From positions 7,669,408 to 7,733,407 of the forward strand of contig CAVNZM010000009.1 of the NCBI GenBank assembly GCA_963693365.1: 64,000 bases of DNA. Reading direction: 5' to 3'. Source of the stretch: Amoebidium appalachense (taxonomy: Eukaryota > Protista > Ichthyosporea). This document shows positions 56,484-64,000 of the stretch, piece after piece; the stretch's first letter is position 1, and each line of letters begins with the position of its first letter. The position numbers were made by a program, and so were the translations under genes. A model generated the notes under the pieces. The model was not told the DNA's origin. It made no database searches and saw only the letters and a program-made list of their open reading frames with translations.

Positions 56484-57272
56484 GGAGGAGTAGGGTGTAC
56501 ATGTGTGTGTGTGTGGGTGTGTCACGGTGTGTGGGGGGGGGGGGGGGGGGGGGGGGGGTGGATGACGCAAACATATGAAGGGCAGCATATGCTGCCTGTC
56601 ATCTCAATCATTATGACATACACAGGTGCACGTTACCATGTTGCAAGTGAACCGTGGTGGTGGGCGTACATATGTGTACATCCGCGTGTACATGTGCCAA
56701 TTTGTAGTCATGTGATCTATGTATGTACAGTGTATAATCCCAGTGCACCCTGTATACGTATAGTAAACCTATACATACAGTCATTGTTGGACGAAATCAC
56801 GTGATATTATATCCCCGAAGTTCCCATTCCCCCCCTCCCCCCCCCCCCCGCGACAAGGGGGAGCTTAACTTACGCCTACAGAATGAACCAAAGTACACCA
56901 GCCAGTGATACCAAAAAGCCCGTCGCATGCGTTTACAACATCCACATTTACACATCCACAAACACTAATTAATACTACGCAGCCACTTACACAGCCCAAA
57001 TTAGAATAGGCCTAGCTACTGCTATGCCAGATTTTTCTCACAAACACAAAAAATTAAAGCGACTACCACATATCTACGAAATCTAAAATCATATACTGCA
57101 TATATACCTCATGCTCACCAGCCCCCAACCATACTATCACTAACGTTTCACTTGTATGATTTTAATTTACTGTCGATACGAATGTTTCAAATAGGTATAG
57201 TAGTGTGGGAGAATAAATATATCCTGATGATGTGGTTGTATCTTCGTTTTCCAAACTAAATTCAGCCATTGG

Positions 57273-60788
<3,516 letters not shown>

Positions 60789-62271
60789 TCTCAGCTAGCC
60801 TCAGAGTTAAGGCTGTACTGGCGCCGCAAATGCTGCAAGTGTCCGGTGGCTCAAAATCTCCTTTCTTATCTTCCAACAACAAGAGACAAAAAATGAGCCG
60901 CTTGGGTTGATCTATCTGCCACACGATGCACCCGCGGCACGATGCACCAACTCCCAAGACGACTTCCGTAGCAAACTCACGCTAATCTGGGAGTACGTTG
61001 CCTGAAATCGAGGAAGGTGCTAGCTACCACTTAGCTGTTCCGAACGTCCGTTTGACCGTTTTGAGTTAGGACCGTCATGTGGCTTGAGAGCCACTTGTGC
61101 CGAATTTGCTAGAGCTATGCAAGCAATGATTATCAGCCTCTCAACGCTATTTTGCAGCTCGATCTTTACACATAACCCTTTTAAACTCTCTTAAGTTCAC
61201 GCAACTGCCATATACATCCGCCAATCACGCGCGCGCAGCCGATTTTGAGGAAAACGAAAAACGAATAACGCATGCCTGGGGTGGTCTGTCGGGCTGTGCG
61301 TGCACACAGAAGCCACGCGAAACGCGATGCTCATGTTTTTCTCCGCAGGGTTGCCTTTTATGGTATAAAGGTGACGTCATTGGCTCATGAAAAATAGAAC
61401 CCCGGCAAGGTTTCGCGGAAAATTAATGTCTCCTGATTTCAAGGAAATTCAAGCAGAACTTGATAATCTAGATTATCCTAGTAAAATGCTGTAGCTTGTT
61501 TGCAAAATTTGCTTTAAAATATGTTTTGTCTTATAATTACAAAATACATCCATGTTTAAATTCTCTATCACTGAATCCTGATGATGTTATTGAGATTCTT
61601 TTGAATTCTCTCTACAGTAAAGAAATTTAGCAAATTGGTAAGTGTCCCCCCAATTGGGTTGCGGGAGATCGATCGTTCTCTTGAGTCCCGAAAGTTGGTG
61701 CCAATGCTCTTTCTCCCGCGGCCGCGCAACTTTCCTGCGTTTTGTGCCTACACACTCACACACCCTACACCTACAAAAACATGACACGTTTCAACATTTA
61801 CATGTTAGGTAAAGTAGTGGTTTCGTTCAGCTATGGCTCAAAGAGCGTGGGGTTGATTTGCTATTAACTAAGCAACGCGAAGTAGGAGAGCCGGTCGCGT
61901 TTCTTGCCGCGTTTTACTGGTTTTGAGTGAGAGTCCTTGTGTTCGATTGCAGTTCACCCCGGTGCGGAAGTGAAAGGTGCACCGAATGCACCTTCTTGTT
62001 TGTTTTTCCCCCTAAAGTTGTGGCTACTCTGATATCTGTTCAGGAGGAGGAAAATTTGAAGAGTGCACCTGCAACGCAGGAGGAAGAAAGAGAGTGCAGC
62101 TGTAGCTCGGCACAAGCAAATCAAATCCGAGTCATGAATTCACGAGAGACTCTGAGGCTGCCTGGTTAAGACTGTTGACATTTGATGTCTGAGTTCTTGA
62201 TTACAACACAGAGCAACATAAGACATCATAAAGATACAGCGTAGAATTTACTAGCAAAAAGAGATTGAAAA
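60789..62271. promoter_or_regulatory. Divergent promoter/5' UTR region between CHCHD5 and the CCDC6-like gene
   Basis: Microsatellite-free; CCAATC at 61221, TATAAAG near 61364, CRE TGACGTCA at 61372-61379 followed by ATTGG. Confidence 0.5.
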
Positions 62272-63380
<1,109 letters not shown>

Positions 63381-63808
63381 GTAAGTGCAATCCCCCCCCC
63401 CCCCCCCCCCTCCCCCTTCCCCTACCCCCCTTGTACGTGCTCTCTTTTGCAGTCACTTCGCCACGTGTACTTCGTACTCAACAACCCATTTTAACCCCCC
63501 CCCCCCCCCCCCCCAGCGTTTCCTCCGCCCCCTGCCCCTCTCACCCTCCCCCCTCCCTAACCCAGCCCGTCGCATCCTTGTACCGTCCCACCTCCTATAG
63601 CCCCCTGTCTCCCTCCCCCTCCCCCCATCCCCCCCCCCCCCTCTCCCTTTGGGTGTTCCTGTTCACCCATAAAGTTTTTCACCTTCTAATGGTTGCAGAA
63701 TTGAAGCTAGGCTTCAGAATGCTAATCATTTACGTTTATTGCATTGAATAGGTATTATCACATAGCACATGTAACATATTGGCAGAGGCTGTTCATTTTG
63801 ATGATCTG

Positions 63809-63841
<33 letters not shown>

Positions 63842-63910
63842 TCGTTTGTGGTGGTTTTAGGTTTTGGGTATGACTGAGAATGAGGGAAAGGAGGGCAGAA
63901 GACGCAGGCA

Positions 63911-64000
<90 letters not shown>

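Overview
Eukaryotic, intron-rich genomic DNA packed with microsatellites ((CA/TG)n, (CT)n) and long poly-G/poly-C tracts, so almost all ORF-track entries are repeat artefacts. Splicing by hand (GT-AG, phase-checked) gives these genes: the 3' part of a Pelle/IRAK/RLK-like (probably pseudo)kinase fused to a C3HC4 RING (+); an intronless secreted protein with two PAN/Apple domains and its pseudogenised tandem copy (+); a 16-exon C2-domain Ypk1/Gad8/SGK-type AGC kinase (+); a PA-TM-RING E3 ligase (+); eIF3d (-, 14 exons) head-to-head with an AROS/RPS19BP1-like gene (+); and CHCHD5/Mix14 (-) head-to-head with the 5' end of a CCDC6-like gene (+). The gene mix suggests a unicellular holozoan such as an ichthyosporean (inference only). 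Notable non-coding structure: a tandem segmental duplication with a readable breakpoint, repeated diverged copies of exon-intron junctions inside introns, splice sites embedded in microsatellites, a sense-strand pre-miRNA-like hairpin in an eIF3d intron, a palindromic 20-bp foldback array, MITE-like elements, a dispersed repeat family, and a dense CCAATC cluster. Family assignments come from motif recognition and recall, not database searches.
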